Shown here in pieces: positions 27,867 to 38,600 of a stretch of 64,000 bases of DNA (position 1 is its first letter; each line of letters begins with the position of its first letter). Made by a program: the position numbers and the translations under genes. Source of the stretch: a virus (lineage: Duplodnaviria > Caudoviricetes); the IMG/VR virus record IMGVR_UViG_3300037113_000024, positions 685-64,684 of that record. One strand, given 5' to 3'. The notes below the pieces were generated by a model. The model made no database searches. It had not been told where the DNA came from and was given only the letters and a program-made list of their open reading frames with translations.

Positions 27867-28829
27867 TTAAGCTCCTGGGATGTTCATCACGAACGCACGC
27901 GAGGTGCCCGACGCGACGGATGCCGTGACGCCAACATTGCCTGCGCTCGGTATAGCGTTCCACCCGGCCTGCATATCGACATACAAGGAAGGCTGGTACG
28001 CACTGACTTGAGTGCTCCCTGGTGACGTGACTGAGGGCAGTGCGCTACCGTCGCCGCCCACGAAGAAGATACTGAGCGAATTTGCGTAGTTGCTCGCTTG
28101 GACAGCCGTAGGCGACGAACTCAGCACGCTCTGTGTCTCGGTCATAAGCGCTAGGTTCGCGCCTGAGATTTCAAGCGCGAGGGCGTTCATTATGTTTAGG
28201 TTATTATTGGGGTAGACGCTGCCCACGGTCAAGTTCTGTAGTGAGGCGGCATTAGCGCTTGTCACCCTTGCGACGCCATGACCAACCAACCAAGCTGTGC
28301 TTGGGTTCTCGTTGTACTGCGTGTCCGCCGCCGTCCAATTAAACCCGTGAATACCGTCTGCACTCGGGTTGTTCGCAATGACGATGATGACGTTGCCCGG
28401 TGTCGGCACGCTAGGAAAGCTTACATCCACGAAGTATGTGCCCACCCCGCCTGAGGAATACTCGTGCTGCACAACGGTAGGCGCTGTGCTGCCCGCAGAA
28501 CCCAAGCTTGCCATCAGGTCCGACGCCTGCACGATGCCACTTACGACCGCGTTCGACGTAGCGCTGACCTGGGTTGTCCCGCCCGCGCTCGACTGCGTAA
28601 CCGTGTCGCGCGAAAGCGTCCCGCTCGAATGGTATGTGCCGACACCGATCTCCCACACCGAGCCGACCGGCGATCCGTCCTCGATCAGATACGAGGTGGT
28701 GTCGCCATCGGACATGCCCGCAGCCGAGAAGCTTTGGAACCCTGTGCCCGCAGCGTTGAGTGTCAGCGTGCCGGTGCCAGGAGTACCGGACACCGACATG
28801 CGCGCCCGGTTGAGCAGCTTGAAAGCCAT
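27867..28829 (-). CDS. Tail fibre / RBP 2
   Basis: N-terminal ~100 aa similar to 28837-30873 (RAxMSVSGxPGTG...WExGVxTY). Confidence 0.75.
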   Translation of the reverse strand: MAFKLLNRARMSVSGTPGTGTLTLNAAGTGFQSFSAAGMSDGDTTSYLIEDGSPVGSVWEIGVGTYHSSGTLSRDTVTQSSAGGTTQVSATSNAVVSGIVQASDLMASLGSAGSTAPTVVQHEYSSGGVGTYFVDVSFPSVPTPGNVIIVIANNPSADGIHGFNWTAADTQYNENPSTAWLVGHGVARVTSANAASLQNLTVGSVYPNNNLNIMNALALEISGANLALMTETQSVLSSSPTAVQASNYANSLSIFFVGGDGSALPSVTSPGSTQVSAYQPSLYVDMQAGWNAIPSAGNVGVTASVASGTSRAFVMNIPGA

Positions 28830-28836
28830 GGTCCCC

Positions 28837-30873
28837 TCAGTGCGTAATTAGGACGAACGCTTGGTTGAACTGAGCCGCCGTGCTCATGACCCCGAGCATG
28901 CCGTAGGTCGGGTTGTTACTGTCGCAGTGCGCGTAGGCCGCATGCGCACCCGCGGCGCTGGTTAGGTTCGCGTCCACGTTCGCAATGCCGAATATGCTCG
29001 TGAGCGTGTTGGCTTGACTGTTTGCGGGCGCAAGCGACGCCAGGAACAGCGTGCTAGTCGCCTGCGGAATGGTGGTGGTCTGCGCAACACTCGCCGTGCT
29101 GTTGAACTGAGACGCCGATGCAAACAGGACTGGCGAAGTCGCGTTCTGCCCTGAGACTTCCCAAATGCCCTTCGACCAGTGCCCACCGCCGCCGCTGCTA
29201 AGTGGGTTCTGAGACGTGCTCTCAGACGCACCCGCCACCTTGGTGAGGACGTACTGATACCACAGACCCGTGGACGAGGATGCCTGAACCGTCCAACCCG
29301 AAGCCGCGACAGGCGTAGCGTTATCGCTGTAGAGGATAGCAACCAAGAAGTTGCCGTTGGTTGGAGCCGCGCCCATCGTGACCGCAGCGTCCGAGCCACT
29401 CGCTGTGGCTGTCGCGAACTGCACCACGGTCGGGGGAGTGCCGACCGTGAAGCCCACCGTCGCCGGGGCTTTGTTCTGCCACTTGCTGGACGACGCCTCG
29501 TAGGTCAGCACTTGCCCGTCCGCGGGGGACGAGATCAGCACGTCCGTGGTCAGGCCCGATAGCGACGTGCCGCCGCCGCCCGACACGCTCTTAAGCTCGA
29601 ACTTGCCAGCGCCATTGTTCCAGTAGACGCAGTAGCCGTCCACGCCCGAGCCCGTGGTGATCGACACGTCGCCCAAGCTGGCGAGGTTCCACGACGCGCT
29701 GGTGGGCTTGCTGGTCAGGTCCGTGTAGGAGCCACTGGTCGCCACGGTTGCCAGCGAAGGGGTGCCCGAGAGATCGCTATAAGCGCCACTGGTGGCCACG
29801 GTCGCGAGAGCCTTCGCCTCCCACTTCGACGCACCATTGTTCCAGTAGAGCACATAGCCGTTGATGCCGGACCCTTCGGTCACGCTCACATCAGAGAGGC
29901 CCGAAAGCGTGCTGGACCCGCCGCTCCCTGTTGGGAGCGTGATCGTGACGGCATGGCCGGAAGTCGTGATTGACGTGGCGTTGATGAAGTTGAGCGAGAC
30001 AGCCGCGGTTTCTACGGAGGACCCATTGTTGAGAACCGCGAGGGACGAGCCCCCACCGCCACCACCCGAGACGTTGGTTGCTACCCACTTACCCGTGGAG
30101 TTATTCCACGTCAGGGAATAGCCGTCGATGCCCGATCCCTCGGTCACGGTCACGTCGGTAAGAGCGTTGAGCGTGGCCCCGCCGCCGCCACCCAAGGTGA
30201 CGTTCGCTTGCGTGCCGCCCACGGACGTGGTGATCGACGCGGCGTCAACGAAGTTGATCGTCGTGAACGCGCCGACGCTGCCAATCAAAGTGCCGTTCTG
30301 GCGAATGGTCGATCCGCCGCCCGAGCCTGCGCCCGCGAGCGTGACGGTCGCCGCGCCTCCCGACGCCGTGATCGAGGACGCATTAACGAAGTTGATCGAC
30401 GTGACGCTGCCCAGAGAGGTGTTGTTGTTCTGAAGGATCAAGCCGCCCGATGGCGCTTCGCCTTCCCACTCCCCGGCCGTCAGGTTCCACGTCAGCACCG
30501 AGCCGTTGGCAAGCGTGTTTTCGTTGATATTCACGTCAGGTAAAGTCGCGAGCGTCGCGCTGTTGCCCGACACGTCTTCAGCCCGCAGCACCGCAGTAAT
30601 GATCACCTGGGTGCTCAAGCTCAAGGGAGAGGCGTTCTGCGCGCTCGTCTTGGTGACGGTGCGGGTGAGCGTGCCTGTGAGCGCGGTGTAGGTGGCTACG
30701 CCGAACTCCCAGGCACTCCCGTCAACCGCCGAGTAAGCGAAGGTGTCCCCATCGAGAACACCTGCTTGGGCGAATGACTGGTAGCCGGTCACCGCCGCGC
30801 CGAGCGTGATGTTGCCGGTGCCGGGAGCGCCGGACACCGACATTTTGGCGCGGTCGAGTATCCTGAACACCAT
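28837..30873 (-). CDS. Tail fibre / RBP 1 with internal repeats
   Basis: Five LxDV...GxxLxWN...KW repeats, three INFVNAxSIT repeats, [13 protein letters not shown]. Confidence 0.8.
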   Translation of the reverse strand: MVFRILDRAKMSVSGAPGTGNITLGAAVTGYQSFAQAGVLDGDTFAYSAVDGSAWEFGVATYTALTGTLTRTVTKTSAQNASPLSLSTQVIITAVLRAEDVSGNSATLATLPDVNINENTLANGSVLTWNLTAGEWEGEAPSGGLILQNNNTSLGSVTSINFVNASSITASGGAATVTLAGAGSGGGSTIRQNGTLIGSVGAFTTINFVDAASITTSVGGTQANVTLGGGGGATLNALTDVTVTEGSGIDGYSLTWNNSTGKWVATNVSGGGGGGSSLAVLNNGSSVETAAVSLNFINATSITTSGHAVTITLPTGSGGSSTLSGLSDVSVTEGSGINGYVLYWNNGASKWEAKALATVATSGAYSDLSGTPSLATVATSGSYTDLTSKPTSASWNLASLGDVSITTGSGVDGYCVYWNNGAGKFELKSVSGGGGTSLSGLTTDVLISSPADGQVLTYEASSSKWQNKAPATVGFTVGTPPTVVQFATATASGSDAAVTMGAAPTNGNFLVAILYSDNATPVAASGWTVQASSSTGLWYQYVLTKVAGASESTSQNPLSSGGGGHWSKGIWEVSGQNATSPVLFASASQFNSTASVAQTTTIPQATSTLFLASLAPANSQANTLTSIFGIANVDANLTSAAGAHAAYAHCDSNNPTYGMLGVMSTAAQFNQAFVLITH

Positions 30874-30885
30874 CAGTCGGTTTCC

Positions 30886-31230
30886 TTATTCGACCGCGCC
30901 GTCCCGACGCAGGCACTTGCCCTGCGAACGATCCCAGACATGGGCCGCAGGGTCATTGCCGTAGCAGGCGATGATGAGGGCGTTCGTTTTCTTGTAGGCT
31001 TCGACCTGAGCCTGGGCTTCGGCGTAGCCTTGCTTGATCCAGTACGCCCGCCAGACGAAGATCGAGTTGACGATCACGAACACCACGGCGATGAACAGGT
31101 CCACCTTGATGTTCGTCAGGTAGCGCATGAGCACGCCGAAGATGATGATCCCGACGAAGATCACCACCCAGATCATCAGGGGGACGTGCGTGAGGGCTTC
31201 CCCGATACCCTTGAACAGGAACTCAACCAT
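30886..31230 (-). CDS. Membrane protein downstream of endolysin (spanin/holin-like)
   Basis: Two TM helices; short periplasmic helix with two Cys. Confidence 0.55.
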   Translation of the reverse strand: MVEFLFKGIGEALTHVPLMIWVVIFVGIIIFGVLMRYLTNIKVDLFIAVVFVIVNSIFVWRAYWIKQGYAEAQAQVEAYKKTNALIIACYGNDPAAHVWDRSQGKCLRRDGAVE

Positions 31231-32215
31231 GGTGCGTTACTTCTCCTGTGAACTCGGAAGCGGGGACGACCACCGGGACAGGAGTGGGAACCTGTGCCGC
31301 TGGCGGATTAGCCGGCGTCTGCACCACCGATTGTACGGGCGTGGGCGCAGTCTTACCGGATACAGACAGGATCGCCGTGTCTGCTTCAAGGTCCACCGTT
31401 GCCTTTCTGACCGCCGTGGACGCTGCACGGTTGGCCTGCTGCGAGAAGTAGACGATCAATCCCGCCACAGCACCAACCAAGGTCAAGCCGCCCAGGACAT
31501 ACTTGAGCCACGCGAAGCTGTCGCTGGCCGGCGCGAGCGCCGAACCCGCCTGCGCAGCGCCCGTGACGATCACGCCGCCCAGGGTGCCCGCGTGGGTGAT
31601 CGCGGTGCTGACCTTGGACTGGGGCACGTCCTGAGGCCGCGACTTGGCGTTGCCGCCTGCGGTGTGAACCGGCACAGCTTCCGGCTCGTCCCCCGCCTGC
31701 GCCCAGGCGAGCGCCGTCTTCTGCACGTTGGCGATACGCGCAGCCCACCCCTTGCCGAACTTGCCCCATGTCGGGAGACGCTGAAGCGTGCCCAGGCGAT
31801 GGGAGCAGAACTGCTCGATGAAGTCCTCCGGGTCCGTGCCTAGGACGGCGGTTTCCGTCTTCGGCCCCCAGTCGCCATCGGTGTTGACGCCGGCCACCGC
31901 CTGCGCCCACTTGGTTGCTCCCCCAACGCCTGAGTTGACCGCGGCGTCGAACAGGCAGAAGTCCACGCCGGGCGGGAGGTTGTCCGCATCGAGGCGGTCC
32001 CAGTATTCCGTCTTGTAGATCGTGGCCACGTCCTTGTCGGGGATGTTGCGCACAGGCGTGGCCGTCAACCCCTGACGAACGCGCCACGAGTTGTAGGTAG
32101 CCTGGGTGATCCCCTTCATGGTTGGTCCGCCGGGATCGCCCGGTACGTTGGCGTAGCCGCCCTCGTAGACGAGGACGCGGGCCAACGCCTTGTCGAAATT
32201 CTCCTGCATACGCAC
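31223..32215 (-). CDS. Endolysin, glycoside hydrolase family 108 with PG-binding domain and C-terminal TM
   Basis: EGGYANVPGDPGGPTMKGIT, FDAAVNSG, DGDWGPKT, FGKGWAARI. Confidence 0.92.
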   Translation of the reverse strand: MRMQENFDKALARVLVYEGGYANVPGDPGGPTMKGITQATYNSWRVRQGLTATPVRNIPDKDVATIYKTEYWDRLDADNLPPGVDFCLFDAAVNSGVGGATKWAQAVAGVNTDGDWGPKTETAVLGTDPEDFIEQFCSHRLGTLQRLPTWGKFGKGWAARIANVQKTALAWAQAGDEPEAVPVHTAGGNAKSRPQDVPQSKVSTAITHAGTLGGVIVTGAAQAGSALAPASDSFAWLKYVLGGLTLVGAVAGLIVYFSQQANRAASTAVRKATVDLEADTAILSVSGKTAPTPVQSVVQTPANPPAAQVPTPVPVVVPASEFTGEVTHHG

Positions 32216-32252
32216 GCTCCCCTTAAAACGATCCCCCTTGCGGGGGACCTAA

Positions 32253-32681
32253 TTAGCTCTCGGTGATCGAGGTAGCCGTGGTCAGTTGGGGCGTCACGCC
32301 GCTGGCAATCGCGATATTCGGGCTGATCGTACCCGAGTAGAGCAGTTCGCCAGTGCCGGTGGAAGCCGTGCCGATGCCGAAGTTGGTTGCCGTCGCGGTG
32401 CCGCCCGTGCACGCCGGCCAGGAGATCGTTGCCGCCGGGTTGACGCTGTTGCCGCTGACCGTCCAGCCGGACGTGGATCGCGCGACCGCCACGCGCGCGT
32501 AGCCGGTGTAGCTCACCTCGCTGCTGGTCTGATTGCCCGCCGACGTGGGGTCCGCGGTGTGCAGCGACAGATACAGGTTCGTCAGCGGGCTCGTAGCCGT
32601 GTTGTCCGCGATGTTGGCGATGTTCGTCGCATTAAAAATCAGCTTGAGAAGCTGATTGTCGAAAGTTGCACCCTTAGCCAT
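32253..32681 (-). CDS. Small beta-rich virion/fibre subunit
   Basis: LYLSLHTADP, EVSYTGYARVAV, GELLYSG, a widespread phage structural family. Confidence 0.8.
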   Translation of the reverse strand: MAKGATFDNQLLKLIFNATNIANIADNTATSPLTNLYLSLHTADPTSAGNQTSSEVSYTGYARVAVARSTSGWTVSGNSVNPAATISWPACTGGTATATNFGIGTASTGTGELLYSGTISPNIAIASGVTPQLTTATSITES

Positions 32682-32693
32682 TCCAAGTCTCCG

Positions 32694-35600
32694 TTACTGC
32701 CCACCACCAAGGTTAACATACTGGACCATGCCCCGCATCATGAGATTACGAGGCGAGACACCCAAGGGCGTGCCTAGCGCGCCCGCCAGCGCGGCCGACC
32801 GCGCGTGCTGCTTCAGGTAGTCAGCGAAGCCCATGGCGGGCGGCTTGACCCCTGGGTTGTTCATCATGAACTGCTGCGAGGCGTTGAGCCATTCCCCGTA
32901 GCTCTGCGGGTCCTCGCGATTGTAGGCCAGGGCAAGGTGCCGCATGATGTTCTGCTGGTCATACTGCTGACGGGCCTGCAAGCCCGACATGGTGCCCTTG
33001 ACTTCTTTGTATTCGGCCTCCTGGCTCGTGTCGAAGCCGAGCAGCTTCATCAGCGAAGCGCTGGTGGACCCGGAGATCGGCAGCTTGAAGCCCGACTTGT
33101 CCTCAAACCCATGTTCTCGGATCAGTTCCGCATCGGCCGCGTTCCTCAGCATCTCGGGGAGGCCGCGCGACGCCGCTTGCAGGTAGTCGCCGTTATACAT
33201 GTCGCGACCGGCCAGGACGATATCTGAGCCCAGGCCGAACGCCGACCCGGCCATGCTCTTGAGCCAGTCCTTCTCGGCGTCCTCCCACTGGCGCTTCTCG
33301 GTCATCGCCTGGGTGCCGAGCATGATGCGATCCTCGCCCAGGTGGGAGAGGTCGAGCCCGGCCACGCGCGGGACGCCGTGCGCTAGCACCTCGCCCACGT
33401 CCTTGCCGAACGTGGTGTTGAGGAAGTCCCGATAGCTGGCGCGGATATCGTGGGTGTCGTCGCGCGTGATCAGATCGGCCAGCCGGTCGTAGAGGCCAGC
33501 GAACATGCCCGTCATCGGCAAACCCATGGTTCCACTTAGCGCGGCCATCGCCGCGAGGTGCATCCCCATGAAGCGCCGGCCCTGCTTGGCGTAATCCTCG
33601 CCGCGCTGACCGAAGGCGTCCGCCGTCTCGCGGTAGAGCTTTTCGAGCAGCTTGAAGTGGTAGCCCGTGAACTGCGCCACCAGGGGCGACGCCTGCCCGA
33701 GCAGACCATGCTTGCCCGTGTAGCGCGGGTTCAGATCGGGGTTCCAACTAAACTGCGAACGGTTCACCTTGTCGCTGACGAAGGAGTGCAGGTCGTTGAA
33801 GGTCGCACCCTTCACAGGGCTCTGGGTGTAGAGATCGCGCGCCGCCAGAGCCGTGACCAAGCGCGGGAGCATTTCGGCATAAAGCGTCGATGCGCCCGAT
33901 GCGTCATGGAGCACCTTGGGTATGACCGTGCCGTGCTGGTTCTCGTAGACCCACTGGGTGTAGGACGACAGGTTGAAGTCGCCACGGTTGTTTTGGTGCA
34001 GCACGAAGTCCGCAACGTCCTTCGGGATACCGGCCGCCGCCAGCTTCTCCGGGGTGATTGCGAAATGCCATTTGTCCGCGCCCGTGAACGCCGCCTTCAT
34101 GATCTTGAAGGCCATGGGCGTGAACTTCGCCATCGACTTCGCCGCGCCCAGATAGCCGTGCTGCTTGGCAAGCTCGCCCCAGGCCAGCGTCGGTATCTGA
34201 GACATGAGCGTGATCGTGTAGGGCACGGAGAACCCAAGCTCGAACATGTGCGTGAGGTGGCGCACGGTGTCGAACGGGGTATGCGCCAACTTCCACCCGC
34301 GCTGTGCGTTGCGAAGCTGAAGCTCGGTGTACGCCTGCTGCGCACGGATCGCGTCCTGCGGGTTCGAGTTCCCGTCCGTCTTGAGCGCCTTCACCTCATC
34401 GCGCATGCCGTTGTTGATGTTTGCGAACTCATCGCTGGTAGCGACGTTGGCGAGGCCACGCGCGCTACTCATTGCGCGGTCGCTGAAAGCCCCGGCCATG
34501 TCTGCACTCGCGCCCTGAACGCCCTCACGCCGAGCAAACAGCTTCGACAGGGAGCTTTCCGGCAGCGCGTCCATGTACTGCTGGACCATGCTGTCCAGGG
34601 CGTGCTCACGAGCCGTCTTGTACGCATCCTTCAGCTTGGGGTCAGCGTCATCGTCAAGGTCCGGCATGTTCCCGCGCACATTCTTAATTGCTTCCTGCAA
34701 CCAAGACGGCAGCACACCCGAATGGTCATAGAGCGACGCCGCGGAGCCGTGGTTGATGTTCTTCTTCGGGTCCAGAAGGTTTTCCTTCTGCGCCTGCTGG
34801 AACGCCTTGATCAAGTTATCGTTCTGCGCCCGCGTTTCGGTGCGAATGTAGACGGTGTTGTTGTCGGCGTTCGGCTGGATCACCACATCGTGGAAACCCT
34901 TCTCCTGCAATATTTGCTGGAAGCGCCTGACCTGATCGGGCGTGCGCCCGGCCGCGAGCGTGCCCGACACCATGTACTGGCCCCGGCGGCGCAGCGCGAA
35001 GTTGGGGGCCTGCTCGGCACCCGTCATCGCCGCCGACGCATCGCGCTCAAGGCCCGACAGAGACTTGATGTGATCGCGGATCGCCTGCGCGCCCGCCTTG
35101 TCGCCCTTGTCGGTCGCCTCCTTCAGCAACGCCTTCTGTTTGGAGAGCATCGAGCGGATCGGCGCAAGGTGCGCCTCAACCTGCTTTTGCCAGTAATCCG
35201 CCGCGGCGCGCGGGTCGTTGTGCAGCCGGTCAGCGAACTGATAAGCCTTGAACGGGTCCGCCCCTAGCTGGAACTCGCCCGCATGGTTGGCCAGCACCTC
35301 GTTGCGCAGCGCGCCGGTGAAGAACGCGAACCGGTGCGTTCGGTTGGTGTTGTCCATTGCGAGGTAGGCTTTATCGCCGCCCTTGCGCTTGATCTCGTTC
35401 CACAGCTTGTTGGCCTTCGCCACCTCAGCCTTCATCGCTGCGGTGTCGGGGTGGTTCTGCAACCAAGTGTGCTCGGCCCACGAACGGCGGGGGTCGATCT
35501 TCAGGTTGGTGAAGGTCGCCGCCTCGTTGACCATTTTCTGCACGTCCTTGGGCAGCGCGTCGAACGCCGCCCTAGACACCTTGGCCAGGGAGTTGAACCG

Positions 35601-38600
35601 ATCCTCGATCACGCGGTGCGTGTCGGCCATGGCCTTGTAGCGCAGCATGCTCGGGATCAGTTTGTGATAGCTGTCCGCGATGCTCTCGATGGTGCGCCCG
35701 CCGAGCAGCGCCTTGGAGATGTTGTCGCCCCACCCCTTCGGGTTGAGGTGACGATCCACGGCGTCCATGACGCGCTCGCCATCTTCGATCAGGCCACGCG
35801 CGTACAGACCAGTGGTTTGGTCCATGCCCTGCGCCGTGCCCACCTTGCGGGTCAGGTCGCCATTGGTTTCGTCAATGGTCTGGCCCGCGAGGTGCATGAC
35901 GTGATCGAGCATGGTTTCGGCCCCCTTGGGGAAGCCGAAGATGCGCCGCACCACTTCCTTGAACGCGCGCCAGATCGACGCGCCGGGCAGCGTGCCTTGC
36001 ATGTCCTTGGGCGGCTTCAGCGTATCGAGGAACGCCGCAAAGTGCGGGTTCGACATGGCCTCTGCGACCATCTCCTTAGTGTTGGTGAAGCCGTACTGCT
36101 TGGCCTCGTCAGGACTGATCTGCTCCTTCGCCGCCTTCAGCAGCTTGTCGAACTGGCCAGCGATGGCCGGGTCCTTCAGGCCCTTGATCGTCGCCGCGTG
36201 CGTAAACTCATGGATGATCGAGTGCTCCATGTCCGCCTTGTCGAACACGCGGATGCGCCCGTAGCCGTCGTGGTAGTCAGCAAACACCTGCGCGAGGTTG
36301 GGGTGCGACTTCACCGCCTCAGCCTGGGTGCCGAAGCGGATCGACGGGTCCGCCTTGCTTGTCTGCAACAGCTTGGCGGCAATGGTCCGCCGCGCGCTGG
36401 TGGTGCCGTTGCGGATGATGTGTTCGAGCAACTGACGAGGCGTCGCCCCGCGATCAACCAAGTACGCCAGATCGCGGTCCATTTGCGTCTGCGGCTTGGC
36501 CGAGCCCACGCTGAGCGGATCGGCCTTGTTCTGGCCGGTCGCCTCGCGCACCGCGTCCATGACCGCTTCGGCGTGGTTGTTGTTGAACTCAAGCAGCTTG
36601 CGCGTGCGGTTGTCCACCAGCCCCGAGTATTTCTGCCTCAGGTCGATGCTGTCTGCGAGGTGCGTTTCCTTGAGCGCCGACAGAGCCGCATGCGGGTCCT
36701 GCGACTTCAGCGCCTTGCCGACAGCCGCCGTCGCAGCGTCCACCTTGTCGATGGCCTGCTGGAAAACAGTGTCGCGCTTCTCGAACTGGGTGTCGTTCTC
36801 CCCCTTCACGCGGGGCAGCTTGCGCTCGATCAACTCACCAATGTTGGCGCGCATCTTCTGAAGCGCGCCCAGGACTTGAGCTTTGCCCTCAGACGAAACA
36901 GTAGGCTTCGGGGCCGCTTCCTTCGCTTGTGGACCCTGTTCGTTCGAGGGCCGCGTCGGCTTCGCCTCCTTGGCCGGGGGGACTTCTCCCCCAAGAGGCT
37001 TCTTGCCTCGCGTCGCGAAATCAGCCGCCGCACGCTGCGCCGCATCGCTCGCGCCCATCTCCTGAGCACGCTGAGCATTGTCTGCCAGATATTTGTCGCG
37101 AGCATTGGGCTCCCCCTGCGGGCCGCTCTTCGACGGCCGGGGAGGCGTCTCAGGAGCAGGTGCCGCAGGGGGAGGTTCGGCCGGCGTATCGAATTTCTTC
37201 GCGCCGGTCGCCTCGTCAACCGGGGGCTTGGCCTCGGTCGTTGGCACGGGTTTAGCCTTCCCTTCGGCCTTGTCAATGACTTTTTGCGCCTCAATTATCT
37301 TCTTGATCTTGTTTGTTTGAGACACGACTTGGCCCACCTCACCCTGCTTGGGATTGGCGAGCTTGTCCTGTAGCATGCTGATCTTGTCGTTCAGCGGGTC
37401 ATCCGGCTGAAGGTTGGACTTTATGTCCTGAAGCGCTTGCCACTTCGGTTGATGCTGCTCGGGGATAGCCGTGGGCATGACCGCGGGCTTCGGCGGCGGC
37501 ACAGGGTTTGCCTGCTCGGGCGCGGCCTCAGTCTCGGGGCCAAGGTTGGTCGTACCCTGCGCTACCGTGCGCGGGTCCGTGGTGTTGCCCTTCTCGTCCA
37601 TGATATCGAACGACTTGGCGAGGTTCTGAAGCGTGTTGCTCGGCTTGTCTGCTGCTTGCAGCCGGTCGTAGATAGCCGACTTCACCGCAAGGTCATCACC
37701 CAAGAGTGGGCGCAGGTAGCTCGGGATCGAGCCCTTGGTTGCAGATTTGATCTTCTGCACATGCTCGGCGGCAGCGGTGACCTTGGCGTTGGCAGCGTCC
37801 TGGGCGTCCTGCTGAGCCTTACGCTCGGCGTCCTGCTGCGCCATCTGATCGCGGATATCGTCGGCCGTGGGCGCGGTGAACTTGTTCTTCTCCCACTTCA
37901 GCCGCTCGGCCATCACTTCCAACGCGGCGCGGCCCGACTTGGTGTCAAGCCCCGCCGCCTGAGCGTGCTGCAACAATGTTGCGTTGTCGAGAGGACGTAG
38001 GCGGTCCTTATAGGCTTCCGTCGTCTCGTCCGGCATCATGATGCGCGGCGGTTCGAGCGCGGCCACGGCGGGGTGCGCCGGCCCCGACACGGGAGCTTCA
38101 GGCGTGATCACGTCGCCCGCAACCGGGCGCGTGTCGTTCGGCCCCGTCAACAGCCGTCCAGGCTCGGGCTCGGGAGTAACGCGCTCGATAGGCGCGCCCA
38201 TGTAAAGCGTCTCGGCCGAGCCTGGGCGCACGCCCTCCTGCTGGAACGGGGCCTCAAGCTGCTTGGGGGTCGTATCGACGGGCTCGCCGGTGTGCACCTC
38301 ACCCTGATAGATCGGCTGACCCGCGACAGGCCGCGACGCAGGCTCAAGCGCGGGCGCAGGCAAGCCCCTGATCGCCTGACCGGGCTGCGCCGGGGTCGTC
38401 GCCACATCCGGCGGCGTGCCCAGGTCATCCGGCGTCTGCGGGAAGCGCTGAGGCGGTTCGAGCGCGGCAGGGCCTACCTCACCCGGCCGCGGCAGCGCGA
38501 GCGTCGGCGGCGGCGCGGGCAGTTGCGGCGTGATCGCCTGATCGACCGTGCTCGACAGGTTCTCGTTGGTGAGGTGCGCCGGGTCCGCCTTGGCGAACAC

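Noticed and set aside
27867-30873. Diversity-generating retroelement or invertible tail-fibre cassette
   Set aside because: No reverse transcriptase or invertase and no near-identical TR/VR or inverted crossover sites; similarity is ordinary paralogy
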